A model generated the notes under the pieces. The model had not been told where the DNA came from, searched no databases, and worked only from the letters and a program-made list of their open reading frames with translations. From positions 3,168,001-3,232,000 of the forward strand of contig OZ244999.1 of NCBI GenBank assembly GCA_965223265.1: a DNA stretch of 64,000 nt, given 5' to 3'. The stretch is from Planctomycetota bacterium. GTDB lineage: Bacteria > Planctomycetota > UBA8108 > SXIK01. How positions within the stretch are numbered: position 1 is the first letter of the stretch; each line of letters opens with the position of its first letter. Positions 1 to 9,553 of the stretch are shown in pieces. The position numbers and the translations under genes were made by a program.

Positions 1-2
1 CC

Positions 3-2429
3 GCTCAGCTTCACGCTCTGGAGAAGCGAGTCGATCGCCTCGTCGTTTGCGCCGCGCGCGAGCGCCACCCGAGCTCGAAGGTAAGCATCGCGGGCGCGAA
101 GATAGTTTCGCAGCGCCTTAGCGGCTCCTGAGCGGGAGGTGGGCGCACCCGACAATGCGGGCGCGGCTGATGATTCGATGAGCTGCAGCCACTCTTGCGG
201 GGTCGTTGTGTCGCCGCTGTAGCTGAGGAGCGGTGCCACTGACGAGACTCGGGGCCGGTCGTCTGTATTGAGCTCCAAAGCGTCGCGCGTCCAGGCTCGG
301 AGGACTTCCGCTCTACCGATGAAACGGCCGTTGAGCTGGAGCCTTCTTTGCATCTTCAACTCGCCGAGTGCTGCTTGCACCGGCGGTGGCCTGTCGATTT
401 CGTCGAACGAGAGCTGAATGGGTCGCTCAGCGCCGACAAGTCCGAGCACCGGTTGAACAACGTTTTCGTCGAGCATCCAAGCTGACGCCTCTGGGAAGAC
501 GTCAAGGAACGTGCGGACAATCAGGCGCAGTGTCGGCAGATCCAGCTGGTAGATCGGCAGCCACTGACAGAAGATTCCGCCGGCGGCCAGACGTCGGCGC
601 ACGGCCAGAAAGTGCTCGCGCGTGTAGAGCGCACCGGCTCCGTCGCGCCCAGGATGGAATAGATCTGCGACGACGACATCGTAGGCCTCGCCGGTGATGC
701 GAACGAAACGACGCGCGTCGCACACAAACATTCTCAAGCGTGTGTTGTCGAGCGCGGCGCTGCTGTACGGGCGAAAGTGATCCATCAGAGCGGCGACGTC
801 GGCCAAGAGCTCAACACCGTCTGCGGTCAGGTGTGGGTAGTCTGCCGCGGCAGAAAATGTGATTCCGGTCCCGACGCCAAGAAATAGTGCCCGGCGTGGG
901 TCAGGATGGATCAGCAACGGCACGTGAGCTTGAAGCCGTTCTCGCGCTTGGCTTGCTGTACTCCCCATCTGGAAACGGTCGTTGACGAGCAAGCGGCGAT
1001 CATCAGCAGCCGTGGCGACGACCGAGGCCGTCGTCGCGAGGCTCACGCGCCGTTCGATCACCTTCCCATAGCTCGCGTTTCCTCGATCGCGATCAGGAAT
1101 CAACTGCGGTGCTGTGACGATCACGAGTAGCCCGGCAGCCACAAGGCCAGTCGATGCGAGTCGTCGCGGGGGACGCGCGAGAAGAAGGGCGTACGCGAGT
1201 GCGACGCAGACCAGGGCACGGTCGATGTCGTCGTACGCGGCGAGCAGGAGCATGGCGAGAAGCGGCGCTAGAGCTCCGCCGATCAGGTTGATTCCTACCG
1301 CCACACCGAGGCCACCGCGGTCGTGTCGTCTCGCCTGTGCAAGAGCGCTAAAGAGGGCGCCCATGAAGAACGTTACAGGCAAGAGAGCTGCTAGGGGCAG
1401 GAGGGCTTCGACCGCGAGTGCCGTCGCGAGAGAACCGTCAAACCCCGACCGGAGCGTGTCATAGAGGGGCGCTGAGAATCGAATCACCAAAGCAGTCATG
1501 AGCGCCGTGACGACCAACGCGCAGAGCAGCGGCGGCACGACCTGCGCCGCCGGCCAGCGTACGGCCAGACGTTGAAAGGATGCAGCGCCGAGGGCGGTCC
1601 CCGCCAGATAGGCGGCGAGAATGAACGCCAGGGTGAAGACCGTGTTCTCAAGTACGAGCGAGAAGGCTCGGACCGCCAGAAGTTCAATCGAGATTCCGAT
1701 CATACCGCTAGCGAAGAGCAAGCAGTTGAGGCGACGATCCGAAATGGTGGAAGCTTCGGGGCTGCGCGTCGGCGGCGTCACGAGGGGAAGCGTGCGGTCG
1801 ATCCACAGAGAAGTTGCCGCCGCAGCAGCATTCAGCGCGGCCAGTGCCAAGAGACTGCGAGCGTGACCCAGTTGGGGCAGGAGGACGAACGCCACGGCGA
1901 GCACACCCAGCATCGCGCCTAGGGTGTTCGCAGCGTAGAGGCCACCGACGCGGCGGGTCGAATGGGTCAGTCGAGCCACCGTTCGTTCCATGGCAACGAG
2001 AGTGCCGCCCATGGCGAAGGCGCCCGGCAAGAGCGCGAGAAACGGCAGCGAAAACGTTGCAACTGTGAAACCGAAGCGACTCGGCGAATGGCCGAGGAGA
2101 CCTGCGATCTTGTCGGCGCCCCACGGCAGGACGACCGTGGAGGCAACGGCCCACGCACCGATGACGAGCTCGAGCGCGGCGTACGACCGTGCCGGTCGTG
2201 CGGCGGTGCTCAGCGGTCCGTCGAGGACCCAAGCGCCCAGCGCCAGCCCAGCCAGTGTGGCGCTGAGAACGACCGGGATCGAAACCGTCTCTGCGCCGAA
2301 GCTCAATGCGAGTTGGCTTGCCCACACCACCTCGTATGCTAAGCCGGCGGCGCCCGACAGGGTGAACGCGACGTAGGCTAGCAGGGTCAGTCGTGTGTCG
2401 GCGCGACGCGCGAAATCGGTCAAAGTCAC
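3..2429 (-). CDS. Fused MFS-like membrane domain / spermidine synthase-like SAM-binding protein (partial, runs off left edge)
   Basis: Not in ORF track (no stop in window). Manual translation from GTG 2429: MTLTDFARR..LAYVAFTLSGAAGLAYEVVW..; multiple TM segments, then ALFLGVGTGITF..DGVEL..CDARRFV..YDVVVADLFHP, the SAM-binding motifs of this family. Confidence 0.85.
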   Translation of the reverse strand, partial: MTLTDFARRADTRLTLLAYVAFTLSGAAGLAYEVVWASQLALSFGAETVSIPVVLSATLAGLALGAWVLDGPLSTAARPARSYAALELVIGAWAVASTVVLPWGADKIAGLLGHSPSRFGFTVATFSLPFLALLPGAFAMGGTLVAMERTVARLTHSTRRVGGLYAANTLGAMLGVLAVAFVLLPQLGHARSLLALAALNAAAAATSLWIDRTLPLVTPPTRSPEASTISDRRLNCLLFASGMIGISIELLAVRAFSLVLENTVFTLAFILAAYLAGTALGAASFQRLAVRWPAAQVVPPLLCALVVTALMTALVIRFSAPLYDTLRSGFDGSLATALAVEALLPLAALLPVTFFMGALFSALAQARRHDRGGLGVAVGINLIGGALAPLLAMLLLAAYDDIDRALVCVALAYALLLARPPRRLASTGLVAAGLLVIVTAPQLIPDRDRGNASYGKVIERRVSLATTASVVATAADDRRLLVNDRFQMGSTASQARERLQAHVPLLIHPDPRRALFLGVGTGITFSAAADYPHLTADGVELLADVAALMDHFRPYSSAALDNTRLRMFVCDARRFVRITGEAYDVVVADLFHPGRDGAGALYTREHFLAVRRRLAAGGIFCQWLPIYQLDLPTLRLIVRTFLDVFPEASAWMLDENVVQPVLGLVGAERPIQLSFDEIDRPPPVQAALGELKMQRRLQLNGRFIGRAEVLRAWTRDALELNTDDRPRVSSVAPLLSYSGDTTTPQEWLQLIESSAAPALSGAPTSRSGAAKALRNYLRARDAYLRARVALARGANDEAIDSLLQSVKLS

Positions 2430-2555
2430 ACCCGCCTGAGCAACTCGGCGGTGCCGTCACCAGATGCGGCCGGCAACACGCCGGGGCGTCCCGTGACGTC
2501 GCTCCTCACGACGTCTGCAGACACGGTCGTCACCCCGGCGACGAGGAAGCGCGTG

Positions 2556-2738
2556 CTACTTGCGCTTGATCTTGTGAACGGTGTGGCGGCGGAGGCGCGG
2601 GCAGTACTTTTTGAGTCCGTCGCGAAGTCCCGTCGGGATGCCCCCTTTGACGTTCACAGACGTACGATAGTTCAGCTCGTTGCTTTCAGTGCACTGCAGC
2701 CAGACGTACTCTCGATTCGCTTTCTTCTTCTTTGCCAT
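2556..2738 (-). CDS. rpmG: 50S ribosomal protein L33
   Basis: 60 aa basic protein: REYVWLQCTES..NYRT..LKKYCPRLRRHTVHK; GAGG Shine-Dalgarno upstream. Confidence 0.95.
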   Translation of the reverse strand: MAKKKKANREYVWLQCTESNELNYRTSVNVKGGIPTGLRDGLKKYCPRLRRHTVHKIKRK

Positions 2739-3271
2739 GAGCTATCCCTCGGCGAGCCGCGGTCGTGTTGACCGCTCTGCTCTAAGTTGCCTCGAAATCG
2801 TGAATTTTCTGATGCGGCAAGTTTGCCCGGCCGCTGAGACTCTCGGACCGCGAACGTCTCAGGTATCCGTCGCCTCGCAGGCCGTTATGGCAAAACCCGT
2901 CGTAAACGCCGCGATCTTATCACGACGGGGCGCGCCAGCTTGCAGGAAAAGGTTGGCTCGAACAAGGAATTTTAACGCCGGGCCCCGCTCGGTGCCGAGC
3001 GCGCCGGGCCTTAGGATGGCCCTCGCAGACACCGTTCGCGACCAGAAATCGACCGAGGAGCAGCTGAATTTTCGGGACAACGGCGCTCCCGTCAATAGAA
3101 TCTGGCAGACACGTCGGAGCCGGGCGCAACGACGATGGCGCCAGGCGCCGTTTGATGACCGGAGAGCCGGACGACTGAGCGACCGGACGAGGGATGACCA
3201 CCGCCAGGGCCGAAAGGACGTGTCCGGCCGGGTGCGTCTGATCGCGCCCTAGACGTCATGAGGAGACTGGT

Positions 3272-4372
3272 TTGGCAGAGACGGCTCAATTCGTCCGCTT
3301 TGGCGACAGCAACCCACCTTTCACGCTGAGCCGCTGTGGGTTGCCGTCGCTGGCGCCGGGCGAGTTGCTTGTGCAGATCCTGGGCACAACGATCGCGCCG
3401 GTGGATTTGGACATATTCTCGGGTCGCAGATCGGTGGCGCTGCCGTGCGTCCTGGGCAGAGAGACGTTTGGGCGCGTTGTTGCGCTTGGCGCCGGAGAGT
3501 TGCCGCTGGACGTCAACGGCGGCGAGGTCAGAATCGGGCAACGCATCACCTGGCATACGACCATCGCATGTGGCAATTGCGAGGAGTGCGATGCGGGATT
3601 CGACAATTGGTGCCGGGCCCCCTTCACGTATGGTGAGGGACCGTTTGATCCCGAAGCGCCACTACGCGCGGGCGGGTTCTCTTCGTACGGCCATCTTGCG
3701 GCGGGGATGCCGGTCGTCAGCGTTCCCAGCGGTGTCCCAGATGCCGTTGTGCCGCCGGCGACGTGGACGATCGCGAAGTGCAGCGCTATGTTCGCGCGCT
3801 TAAGTCCGCCTGAGGCGACGGTCGTGGTCGTGCTGGGGTGTGACTTCCTTGGCTTGATCGCCTGTGCTATGGCTCGGTGGGTAGGTGCCGAAGCCGTTGT
3901 CGCCGTCGATAGCGATGGGGAGCGCGTCGAACAAGCGACTCGGTTTGGTGCCACGGTCGGGGTGACATTCGACCGCAGCGATAAGAAACTCTCCTCGAGC
4001 GTGCGCGATCTCACGGCAGGACGGGGCGCGGGAATGGCAGTGCTCACGCGTGCGGAGCCCGCGTTTGTGACGCCAGGAATTGAGGTTCTCGCCTTTGGGG
4101 GAGCTTTGGCCGTGATCGGCGAGCCTGATCCTGCGAAAGTGGCGCTGGGGTACGAGGCGCTCGTCGGCAAGTCTCTACGCGTCGAAGGAGTCTCGCGGCA
4201 TGTTTCAGCGGACGTAGTCGATGCTCTAACGTTTCTGCGCGACGCCTGCCGCGACTACCCGTTCGCCGATCTTTGTAGCGAGCGGATTCCGCTCAGCGAG
4301 ATCGGAGAGGCGTTTCGTATTGCCGGTCAGCGTTCGACGCAACGAGTGACGGTTGTATCGGAAGGCTGCTGA
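3272..4372 (+). CDS. Zn-binding medium-chain dehydrogenase/reductase (MDR) family protein
   Basis: GroES-like N-terminus, structural-Zn motif CGNCEECDAGFDNWC, Rossmann region VVVLGCDFLGL..VVAVD; GAGGAG RBS before TTG start. Confidence 0.85.
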   Translation: MAETAQFVRFGDSNPPFTLSRCGLPSLAPGELLVQILGTTIAPVDLDIFSGRRSVALPCVLGRETFGRVVALGAGELPLDVNGGEVRIGQRITWHTTIACGNCEECDAGFDNWCRAPFTYGEGPFDPEAPLRAGGFSSYGHLAAGMPVVSVPSGVPDAVVPPATWTIAKCSAMFARLSPPEATVVVVLGCDFLGLIACAMARWVGAEAVVAVDSDGERVEQATRFGATVGVTFDRSDKKLSSSVRDLTAGRGAGMAVLTRAEPAFVTPGIEVLAFGGALAVIGEPDPAKVALGYEALVGKSLRVEGVSRHVSADVVDALTFLRDACRDYPFADLCSERIPLSEIGEAFRIAGQRSTQRVTVVSEGC

Positions 4373-4433
4373 CGAGTGAGGCGCCTGTCGCCAACTTGCC
4401 TGCGCGCGGAGGCGGAGCGGCGCGCGTCGATGA

Positions 4434-6218
4434 TTGTCAGAGATGGAAGAAGAACTGAACTGCATGGCTGGGCGTGAGCATTCTGGCGACCTTTCGATCC
4501 GAACGCGAGATGGAGAGTTCGTCTGGAGGGTCTCTCTCTCGGCACTGAAGGATGTAGGTTTCACCGACGTGGACTCGCTGACGGAAACCCTGACATCCTT
4601 TCCCACAGTCGATCGATTGCCAGGAGCTCAGGTACTGAAGGGCAATCGCCTGCGGCGCGTGTGCCGCGTCACGGTTTCGTCGGCAGAAGGCGACTCGAAT
4701 TCAGGCTTCACGATACTGACCAAAGAGTACCGCTACGTTTCGCTTCGGGACCGCGTTCGATACCTTTTGTGGCGTTCGCGGGCCGAACAAGAATGGTTCG
4801 CTCTCGGGCGTTTTCGGCAATTGGGGCTTCCCGCGCCGCGGGCCCTGGCGATCGCCGCACACCAGCAGGGCCGACATATCGCCGGCGGACTTGTGATGGA
4901 ATTCCTCAACGACACGAGGCCGTTCGTGGAGCTCGTGCACGCCGGCGATTCGCCTCTCCCGGATGGTGCGCAGATCGGGGCCGCATTCCGCGCGCCCGAT
5001 CCGACGGCACAGCACCTGCGTTGGCTTCAAACGGGGGCGCAGTGGGTGCGGACTATGCACGATCGTGGTGTTTGGCATCGCGACTTGCACGGCGGCAACG
5101 TGCTCGTGCATGAGAAAGAAGGACTCTACTTTATCGACCTCCATTCGTGCCGCTTTTTGCCTCGACTGGCCCGTTGGCAGCGCTGGGACGGTGTCTCCAT
5201 GCTTCTACACTCGCTTGCAGAGAGCATTTCGAGCGCGGGGATGGAAGCGTTCCTCGAAGCGTACGGTGTTGAGGTCCTCGGTGGCGGTGCGTCGCTGAAG
5301 CAAGTCAGTCAAGAGCTGCGGCGTCGTATCGCGCAGCGTCAGCGAAAGCGCTTGGCGAGTCGCTCCAAGAGGTGCTTTAAGCGCTCAACGATGTTCGAGG
5401 TGACGACCACAGCGAACGTCCGTACCTATCATCGTCGCGAGCTCGATCTCAGTCTGCTGGACGAAGTGTGGCAGGCGCCGAGCTCAGCCGAGCTGCTCAA
5501 GAAATCAGATCGCGGTTGGGTGGGGAGGCGTCGTCTCGGTGACCGTTCGGTCTGCGTCAAGTTCCATCGCCCGAGTCTACTGGAGGCACTGCAGTCGTTG
5601 TTTGAGTCGCATCGGCTGAGGCGAGCGTACGCTGCCGGGCACGCCTTGTGGGTGCGCCGCATTCCGACAGCACCAGTTCTCGCGCTGCGAGAAGAAAGGC
5701 GGTTCGGGCTGCCCCGAGGTACCTTCTTGGTCACGGAGTATCTGGAAAATGCTGTCTCTCTGGACCAGTTCGCGGCGCGCGCTTTCGCTCGTCCGGCCAG
5801 GGCGCGAGAGGGGCGTCCGGTCGTCGTCAGGCGGGGGCTCGTCGCTGCGGTCGCGCGGCTTGTGCGACGGGTGCACGACTACGGGCTCTATCCGCACGAC
5901 TTGTCGCCTCAAAATATCCTCGTCGTGGAGGGTACCCGTTCGTCGGCTGAGTCGTCCCAGATCTCCCTACCCGAAGTGTACCTCGTTGACCTTGACCATC
6001 TCTATCTATGGCAGCGGCTGACGGAGCGGGGGAGGGTGAAGAATCTTGCCCAGGTTGCAAACATGCCTGAGGGGCACGTGACAACCGCGGATCTCGTTCG
6101 CGGGCTGCGCGTGTACGCCAGCGGTGCTCCGAGCCTAGGCGGCCGAGAGATGCTGGAGGCGATTCGCGAACAGCTGCTCGATTTGCACCTGCGCCTGCTT
6201 CTTCGCCTCAACACCTAG
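4434..6218 (+). CDS. Tandem two-domain lipopolysaccharide kinase (Kdo/WaaP/InaA-like) family protein
   Basis: Two kinase catalytic loops: HRDLHGGNVL..IDLH and PHDLSPQNIL..VDLDH; SRAEQEW motif. Start may be ATG 4443. Confidence 0.8.
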   Translation: MSEMEEELNCMAGREHSGDLSIRTRDGEFVWRVSLSALKDVGFTDVDSLTETLTSFPTVDRLPGAQVLKGNRLRRVCRVTVSSAEGDSNSGFTILTKEYRYVSLRDRVRYLLWRSRAEQEWFALGRFRQLGLPAPRALAIAAHQQGRHIAGGLVMEFLNDTRPFVELVHAGDSPLPDGAQIGAAFRAPDPTAQHLRWLQTGAQWVRTMHDRGVWHRDLHGGNVLVHEKEGLYFIDLHSCRFLPRLARWQRWDGVSMLLHSLAESISSAGMEAFLEAYGVEVLGGGASLKQVSQELRRRIAQRQRKRLASRSKRCFKRSTMFEVTTTANVRTYHRRELDLSLLDEVWQAPSSAELLKKSDRGWVGRRRLGDRSVCVKFHRPSLLEALQSLFESHRLRRAYAAGHALWVRRIPTAPVLALREERRFGLPRGTFLVTEYLENAVSLDQFAARAFARPARAREGRPVVVRRGLVAAVARLVRRVHDYGLYPHDLSPQNILVVEGTRSSAESSQISLPEVYLVDLDHLYLWQRLTERGRVKNLAQVANMPEGHVTTADLVRGLRVYASGAPSLGGREMLEAIREQLLDLHLRLLLRLNT

Positions 6219-6381
6219 TGACGCTCTTTTCGGGATCGGCCTGGCGCGTCGAGCCGGGAGAGGCGTGTGCAGCGAGACAGGGGGCTACGTGATCTTGCCA
6301 TCGGTAGCAGCGGCGCCTTCGGAACGGCGATCTTGGCGAGCTTCTGCGGCGAGGACGTACGGTCCACACACGAGCAGGCTG

Positions 6382-7443
6382 CTACGCAAAACTGAAGAGT
6401 GAGACCTCCCAGTCGTCCTCTTCGGTGAAGTGCGCCCATCGCAGTGCGCCGTTAGCGACGAGGCACGCCGGATCGCTCGGAACTTGCACCACCGCATGCG
6501 TTCCGAACATGTCACGCACGCCATCTTGCAGGCGCGCTGCGAGTCCGGGAATCCGTGCTCCGCCGCCGGAGACCACAATGTGTCCGAGAAACTCTTCGAT
6601 GGAATCGGACGGGCAGTTGGCGACGACGCGCTCGATCCCACTCAGTGTCTCGCTGACGAGAGGTTCACACGCACGCCGGACGATATTGGCGATGTCGACG
6701 TCCTTCGTGACGTCATCCAGAAGCACTCGCAGGGGGCATACCGCGTTGGCAGGTGAGACGTGAGCGAATCGCTCTTTCAGTTGATCGCCCGTGATCGGCG
6801 TCACGATGAGGCCGGGGAAGCGCTTCGTTAGATGTTCGTTCAGACGGGCGGTGATCGCGGCGCCACCGCCGGGGAGCAAGACAGACTCTTCCGAGGCGCT
6901 CGAGGAGGAACCTTGCACAGCGCAGAGGCGGGTGGCGTCCGCACCGAGATCGATCCAGATCGATTTTCTGGCCACGTCGCGCGAACCGAAACTTGTCGCC
7001 ATCAACAGCGCGTCGTTCATCAGTCGTGTCCGATCGAAGAGCTCCTGGGCGAAAAGCCGGACGAGCTCGACGCTCTCTTCGTTCGCTCCTGCCTGGACGC
7101 TAACGACACCCCAGAGTTCCTTGTCCGAGCGTGGATCCAAAACGCTCCGCAAGCGGGCTGCATAGTCCCGCAGCGCCCGGCGGTTGCGACGCTGGAGTGG
7201 GTTGAATGCCAGAACCTCGTGGCGCATCGAGAGCGCCGCGTCGCCAATCGCCACACGGTCTTCGGCGTCTGGCTCATTGATGTAAGCCAGCCACGTCGGA
7301 ATGTGCGTGGTTTTGGGAAGAAGCAACTCGCTGAGCTGGCCGGCGGTCTGGACGACCGTCGTGTGAGCCCCAAGATCAATGCCGACTCGAACGATTGGTT
7401 TCTCTGAAGACTTCGGCTGTGACTTTTTCTTGCGCGGTGACAT
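6382..7443 (-). CDS. Actin-like protein, MamK/MreB family (divergent, MamK-like)
   Basis: VGIDLGAHTT (phosphate 1), IWIDLGADAT (phosphate 2), LKERFAHV, IVVSGGGARIPGL (adenosine), and C-terminal DP..ANGALRWA..DDW resembling MamK. Confidence 0.8.
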   Translation of the reverse strand: MSPRKKKSQPKSSEKPIVRVGIDLGAHTTVVQTAGQLSELLLPKTTHIPTWLAYINEPDAEDRVAIGDAALSMRHEVLAFNPLQRRNRRALRDYAARLRSVLDPRSDKELWGVVSVQAGANEESVELVRLFAQELFDRTRLMNDALLMATSFGSRDVARKSIWIDLGADATRLCAVQGSSSSASEESVLLPGGGAAITARLNEHLTKRFPGLIVTPITGDQLKERFAHVSPANAVCPLRVLLDDVTKDVDIANIVRRACEPLVSETLSGIERVVANCPSDSIEEFLGHIVVSGGGARIPGLAARLQDGVRDMFGTHAVVQVPSDPACLVANGALRWAHFTEEDDWEVSLFSFA

Positions 7444-7482
7444 GTCGACCTGCCTATGTTACCCCTTTGATTGCCGCATGGC

Positions 7483-7836
7483 TCAGTTTGCCGCGCCGCT
7501 GTCGGCGGGCGTGCCTTTGAGAGCAGTTGGGACACTATACGGTGATAGCTGTCCCAGGACGTCCATGCAGGCAACCTCGTAGCGGAAATCGAGGACGAAC
7601 GCATCGTTCGTTATCGCGCCGTCACCGTTCTCCGCACGGAGAGGCTCTGCTCCTGTCTCGTAACAGTCGTACGCCTCGACGACGTAGGAGAGAATCGACC
7701 GGAGTTCCTGGATCTCAGCGATGAATCGCTCGTTGCGTTCCGCTTGTTCGGTTGCTTTGAGGCGATCTAACTTGGTTCCAAGGAAGGCGTCCATCTCCTT
7801 GAGAATCGTGACTATAGATGAGTTGCTGCTCTTCAT
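7483..7836 (-). CDS. Hypothetical acidic helical protein, probably co-transcribed with the actin-like gene
   Basis: 117 aa ORF with protein-like composition; ends 39 bp upstream of the actin-like start on the same strand. Confidence 0.65.
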   Translation of the reverse strand: MKSSNSSIVTILKEMDAFLGTKLDRLKATEQAERNERFIAEIQELRSILSYVVEAYDCYETGAEPLRAENGDGAITNDAFVLDFRYEVACMDVLGQLSPYSVPTALKGTPADSGAAN

Positions 7837-7916
7837 CGCTTGAATCTCGTGGCGCCCAGAGGTGTGCCCGGTTTCGGTCGTTCACGCATCCGCAGCCGGC
7901 CAGCTCGCAGAGGTTA

Positions 7917-7959
7917 GAGAGGCCGGTTTTCTCGCCCGAATGACTTTTCAACGGGCTGC
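7917..7959 (-). repeat. Truncated copy (one terminal arm) of the hairpin MITE-like family
   Basis: GAGAGGCCGGTTTTCTCGCCCGAATGACTTTTCAACGGGCTGC|TA is close to the reverse complement of the left arm of the 31009 element. Confidence 0.75.
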
Positions 7960-8178
7960 TAAGCCATCGTCACGTGCTGCAACGGCAGTGCCAACGGTGG
8001 AGGCGGGAGCATGTGAACGTGTCGGCTTTCGGCCCTATCTACCCGTCGGCGCAGCCTCTGCGGCGTTGGGCATGCGCGGACAAGTTGCACGCAGAGCTCT
8101 AGGAGGTGGCCCGCGATCGACGAGATAGTGTCTCAACGCTGGACAGGCTTTGGGCTCACAATCGCCGGAGCTGCCCGC

Positions 8179-8232
8179 ATCGCCGCCACTGGATCGCGGA
8201 CAGGAGAGCCTGCAGCGACCAGTAGCGGTGAT
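8179..8232. other. Long imperfect intergenic hairpin
   Basis: ATCGCCGC-C-ACTGG-A-TCGC-GGA-CAGG[AGAG]CCTG-CA-GCGA-CCAGT-A-GCGGTGAT; lies downstream of the 8302-9282 gene. Confidence 0.5.
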
Positions 8233-8301
8233 TCGCTCGCCCAGTGGACGAGGGCGGGAGACCTGCGTCGCGGGTAGTGGGGCGACGACGTGTGACGCGG
8301 C

Positions 8302-9282
8302 TTACGACGTGAAGACTTGAACCACGCTCGTCCTCCAGAGACGAGAGCAGTCGCGACGAAACGTCTCGTAGAACGACGGCACCGTGGCGTCGCTCGTCAC
8401 CTCAAGACAGGGAACGTCACCGTTTTGCAGAAGTGCTCGCCACGGCAAAACAAACATCGTGTCGTCAAACATCACAGCTCGCATCGTCGGCTTCTCGTTG
8501 TAGTACCGAATCTCAATTTGCGCCTCGGGCGAGCGTTCTGCGTTGATCGCCGCGATGGTGGCAACCGTCTTGTGGAGGCGCTTCATGTATGTGGCAGCCT
8601 GCATTTCCATCTCTGCAAGGACCGACTGATACACCGTCATCTGTCGGCGATCGGGGTCCATTTCTGAGCTCAAGGGGTTCAGAAGAAGCAGCGACACCGG
8701 CAAGTCAGTGGCTTTGTTGAGCAGCGGGATGAGAAGGCCTTCGGAGTTTGCTGGACCTTTGACGAGCAGCTCGTAGCCGCTCACGTCGACGACACTGATT
8801 CTCTTAGTGGCGGACGCCTTTTCGATCATTTGCGCGCTGAGGCGATTTGGCAGTTGGTTCTTGCTCAGGACCCAGACGCCTCGGAAACCGCAGCGGCTCA
8901 GCGTCGCGAAGGCTCGAAACCCCGGAAGCAACCACGAATAGGCGACGAACGATAGGACGATGAAGCTGCTGGCCAAGAATGCTAGGAGGCCGTAAAACGC
9001 TACGGTTGTGACTGAGTCGATCTCGTTGCGGATGACGGTGCCGTCGTAGATGCCGAGTCCGACAAAGACGGCCGCCGCGACGAAGAACCACATCTTCACG
9101 CAAAAGAGCGTTCGTCGAGCCGTTTCTTCGTCCGGCTGAAAGAGTGCTTGATTGGCGGTGCAAAGCACTGTCCGCCGCAGGCCGACTTGCAACAGGCCAT
9201 ACAAAGAACTCCAGCGCGTCGGGACGACCACGGTCACAAATGCGAAAGCTGCGACCAGGGCGATGGCGATCACTGCGTACAT
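8302..9282 (-). CDS. Membrane protein (about 3 TM) with C-terminal DUF5919-like alpha/beta domain
   Basis: Three hydrophobic segments; C-terminus VSLLLLNP..IEIRYYNEKPTMRAVMFDDTMFV..FYETFRRDCSRLW resembles DUF5919 (PLD-like fold); AGGAGGAG RBS. Confidence 0.65.
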   Translation of the reverse strand: MYAVIAIALVAAFAFVTVVVPTRWSSLYGLLQVGLRRTVLCTANQALFQPDEETARRTLFCVKMWFFVAAAVFVGLGIYDGTVIRNEIDSVTTVAFYGLLAFLASSFIVLSFVAYSWLLPGFRAFATLSRCGFRGVWVLSKNQLPNRLSAQMIEKASATKRISVVDVSGYELLVKGPANSEGLLIPLLNKATDLPVSLLLLNPLSSEMDPDRRQMTVYQSVLAEMEMQAATYMKRLHKTVATIAAINAERSPEAQIEIRYYNEKPTMRAVMFDDTMFVLPWRALLQNGDVPCLEVTSDATVPSFYETFRRDCSRLWRTSVVQVFTS

Positions 9283-9553
9283 ATCTCCTCCTTGCGACGT
9301 TGCTCCCCGTCGTCCTACTGCAAGGTATATGCCGCTAGCCGTCGAATGTCGTAAAGTGCTTAGCTGCTGGGAACTCTGCGGTCAGGGGCTCGACCGCCGT
9401 GGCGAGCTCCCCGCCCCTTCCTTGCCGTGGCGAACCGTTTTTTTCACGGTGGCGTCGACGGCGTCAGCATGTGGAGCCTTCCCAGCGCTGACTGACCGTA
9501 GAATCCCGGCGAATTTTGTCCGGCAGACCAAGGCGAAAAAGCCAAACTCGAGG

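Noticed and set aside
368-2460. Many short ORFs in the first 2.4 kb and 61758-63797
   Set aside because: They are explained by two long edge-truncated genes that the ORF track missed.
8179-8232. SRP RNA
   Set aside because: It lacks the conserved GGAA tetraloop / helix 8 motif; kept only as an unexplained hairpin.
6382-9282. Magnetosome gene cluster
   Set aside because: No recognisable mamA/B/E/M/O/Q or other magnetosome genes in the window.
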